From: Marsupella aquatica
Taxonomy: Eukaryota > Plantae > Marchantiophyta
NCBI GenBank assembly: GCA_973895155.1
Contig: OZ316894.1
Location: 4,488,944 to 4,552,943 of the forward strand
Length of the DNA stretch: 64,000 bases
Direction: 5' to 3'
Of the stretch, positions 62,170 through 64,000 are shown one piece after another. The position numbers and the translations under genes are program-made. The notes below the pieces were generated by a model. That model was not told the DNA's origin and did no database searches. It saw nothing but the letters and a program-made list of their open reading frames with translations. Position 1 is the first letter of the stretch. Every line of letters begins with the position of its first letter.

Positions 62170-64000
62170 CGGTATAGTATTGTCCTGAGAACACGATTTG
62201 GTTCCCTCTCTTTTGTCTCGGAGGCCTTATTCATGGTGCTTTTTCATTCGGTTGCACCCGACTTGGACTGGGAGAACAGGAATACTGCCTAAGTTGAGAA
62301 GCTGAAGATTGGTATTTTAGAGTCAAAACTTCGTATCCAACGGGAAAATTGTGCTATCAACTGACCAGGTTTTGATGTAGAGTTCACTCAAAAAGTCTCA
62401 AGAACCAGACTAGGTTTCAACTATTTACCAACAATAGTTACGGTTGCGCAATGTGTGAGGGTCCCATTTAAGGTGTGGACTGGTAATCTGTTATGGAGCA
62501 GGAAACACGTGCCCTCGCAACCTTGAGCGTCAAATGCAGCCAGTCTGCTAGACAATTGTGCGGACCCAAGAAAGTGACGACCTTGGAAGTTGATTCAGTT
62601 TCAGGCAAAGCCCATCTTCGAAGTTGTTTTAGTTGCAATTTCTTTGATTCAGTCATTCTTTCCTTCCTTCCTTCCTTCCTTCCTCCCCTCAGACTTTAGA
62701 TTCTCTCTCAAAAGAGAATATTGTCAGACATTGTGGATTCTCTCTCAAAAGAAACAGTTGAGATATGAGGAGCAAAAGAATGTGTCATCTGATTGTTGAA
62801 TGGAATGGAATCCATTAAATGGAAGGATCCAGGGCTTCCACTTTTTGCAGCTGGGAAGACAAATGTTCTTCGGTGAAGATCTCATGTCAACGAACTAGGC
62901 TAAGACGACTCTTTCAACGTGAGTTACAAATCGTAACCTACGTGAAGAGACGAAATAAGTTGACTAGTCTAAAACACAATTTTGGTCCCTGTGATTAAAG
63001 TAGTGGTTCTGAATGGTTATTCCACCTTTGATGTAGGAACTGATGTTCAGTGTCGATCGTTCAGATGTACTGCATTCTGTGGATTTATTCACGCTTTTAG
63101 GCCCTGGTGTACGTAATTAACAGTACAAAATTCACCCTCGACGTAGGGGCCGGTTCGACTACTATATCAGTATATCGAAAGATCAAAAACTATGCTTGGA
63201 GAGATGTCTCAGCGATTGCGGAAACTTCACTGCCAAATTCGCTTTTGCCCATCCATCTGTCTTAATCAAGTTTCATCTATCAACTTTCATCTATCATCTT
63301 GTGTGTCAAATCTTCTACATTTGACATTTGTGACATTTGACAGACATCTTATTAGTTCCGTTAAATCTCTACAAGACATCTACACTCTGGCGAGGACATT
63401 CAAGTTGCCGTGCTTCAAGCAAACGCTTGGATTCTCAAGACAGGCAATAAATTGGTGGGCTCAATTTCAATCTCTCAGTAAGCCCAACCCTTTGGACGAA
63501 GAAGCGATCAGTTGGCCAGACGCTTTAAGTTGAACAATTTTTCAATTCACTGTAAAGTTGTCCTGAAATGTCACTATCTTTTTTAAAACCACTACTGATA
63601 AAGTACCTTGGTGAGCGGAACCTGTGATATGCAGAAAGAGCACCCCCAATTAATATAAGATCTTCATTCACTTTTACAGGCATGAGCTTCAAGGTCTGCG
63701 ACGCACTTTATTACTAGTAGTTTTTCAGAAAGGGTAACGAAGAGCATGTCTAGGGAGGCAGGAGGCACCCATCATAGCTGGGACGGTTTCACTTTCCATC
63801 TACTGAGTGAAACCAGACAGAGATCCATCTGAGCATCTATCAAATACCCCAAATTTTCCTTCCAGAGCAGACTCTAGTGTAGGTTTGCATAACCTTGACG
63901 GAATGTGATTTATGACGGAATGTGATTTAGAGTTTGAATCACTGCCTCAAATTACGTCAATGACTATCCTACCACCTAGCGAAGCGAACAGTTACTGCAG

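Overview
Eukaryotic land-plant DNA, most likely a liverwort (inferred from the alpha/beta-hydrolase-NB-ARC-LRR architecture, GT-AG introns and a TPLATE orthologue). The core is a tandem cluster of three minus-strand hydrolase-NLR (HNL) immune-receptor genes. Copy 1 (10000-14739) and copy 3 (43398-48315) have five exons that splice in frame. Copy 2 (24441-28577) has lost the front half of its hydrolase but keeps intact NB-ARC and LRR exons. The two full copies carry Cys in place of the catalytic Ser (GHCLGG) and a separate first exon encoding a MAEPL/MADA-like helix (MAESPLSSLFSxWNKV); all three have non-canonical TTT and MHQ motifs. Interspersed are a degenerate P-element-like transposase next to an EDM2-like PHD module (1-5.8 kb), a CACTA right end abutting copy 1, a Helitron with a nested MULE, a full-length Tnt1/Tork-like copia element with TSD, two solo LTRs, hydrolase relics and an HRD3/SEL1L pseudogene. 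The right end holds housekeeping genes: TPLATE (minus) and a COA1/Tim21-like mitochondrial gene (plus). Exon coordinates were read by eye from splice sites and reading frame; no database searches were run, and family comparisons are from memory.
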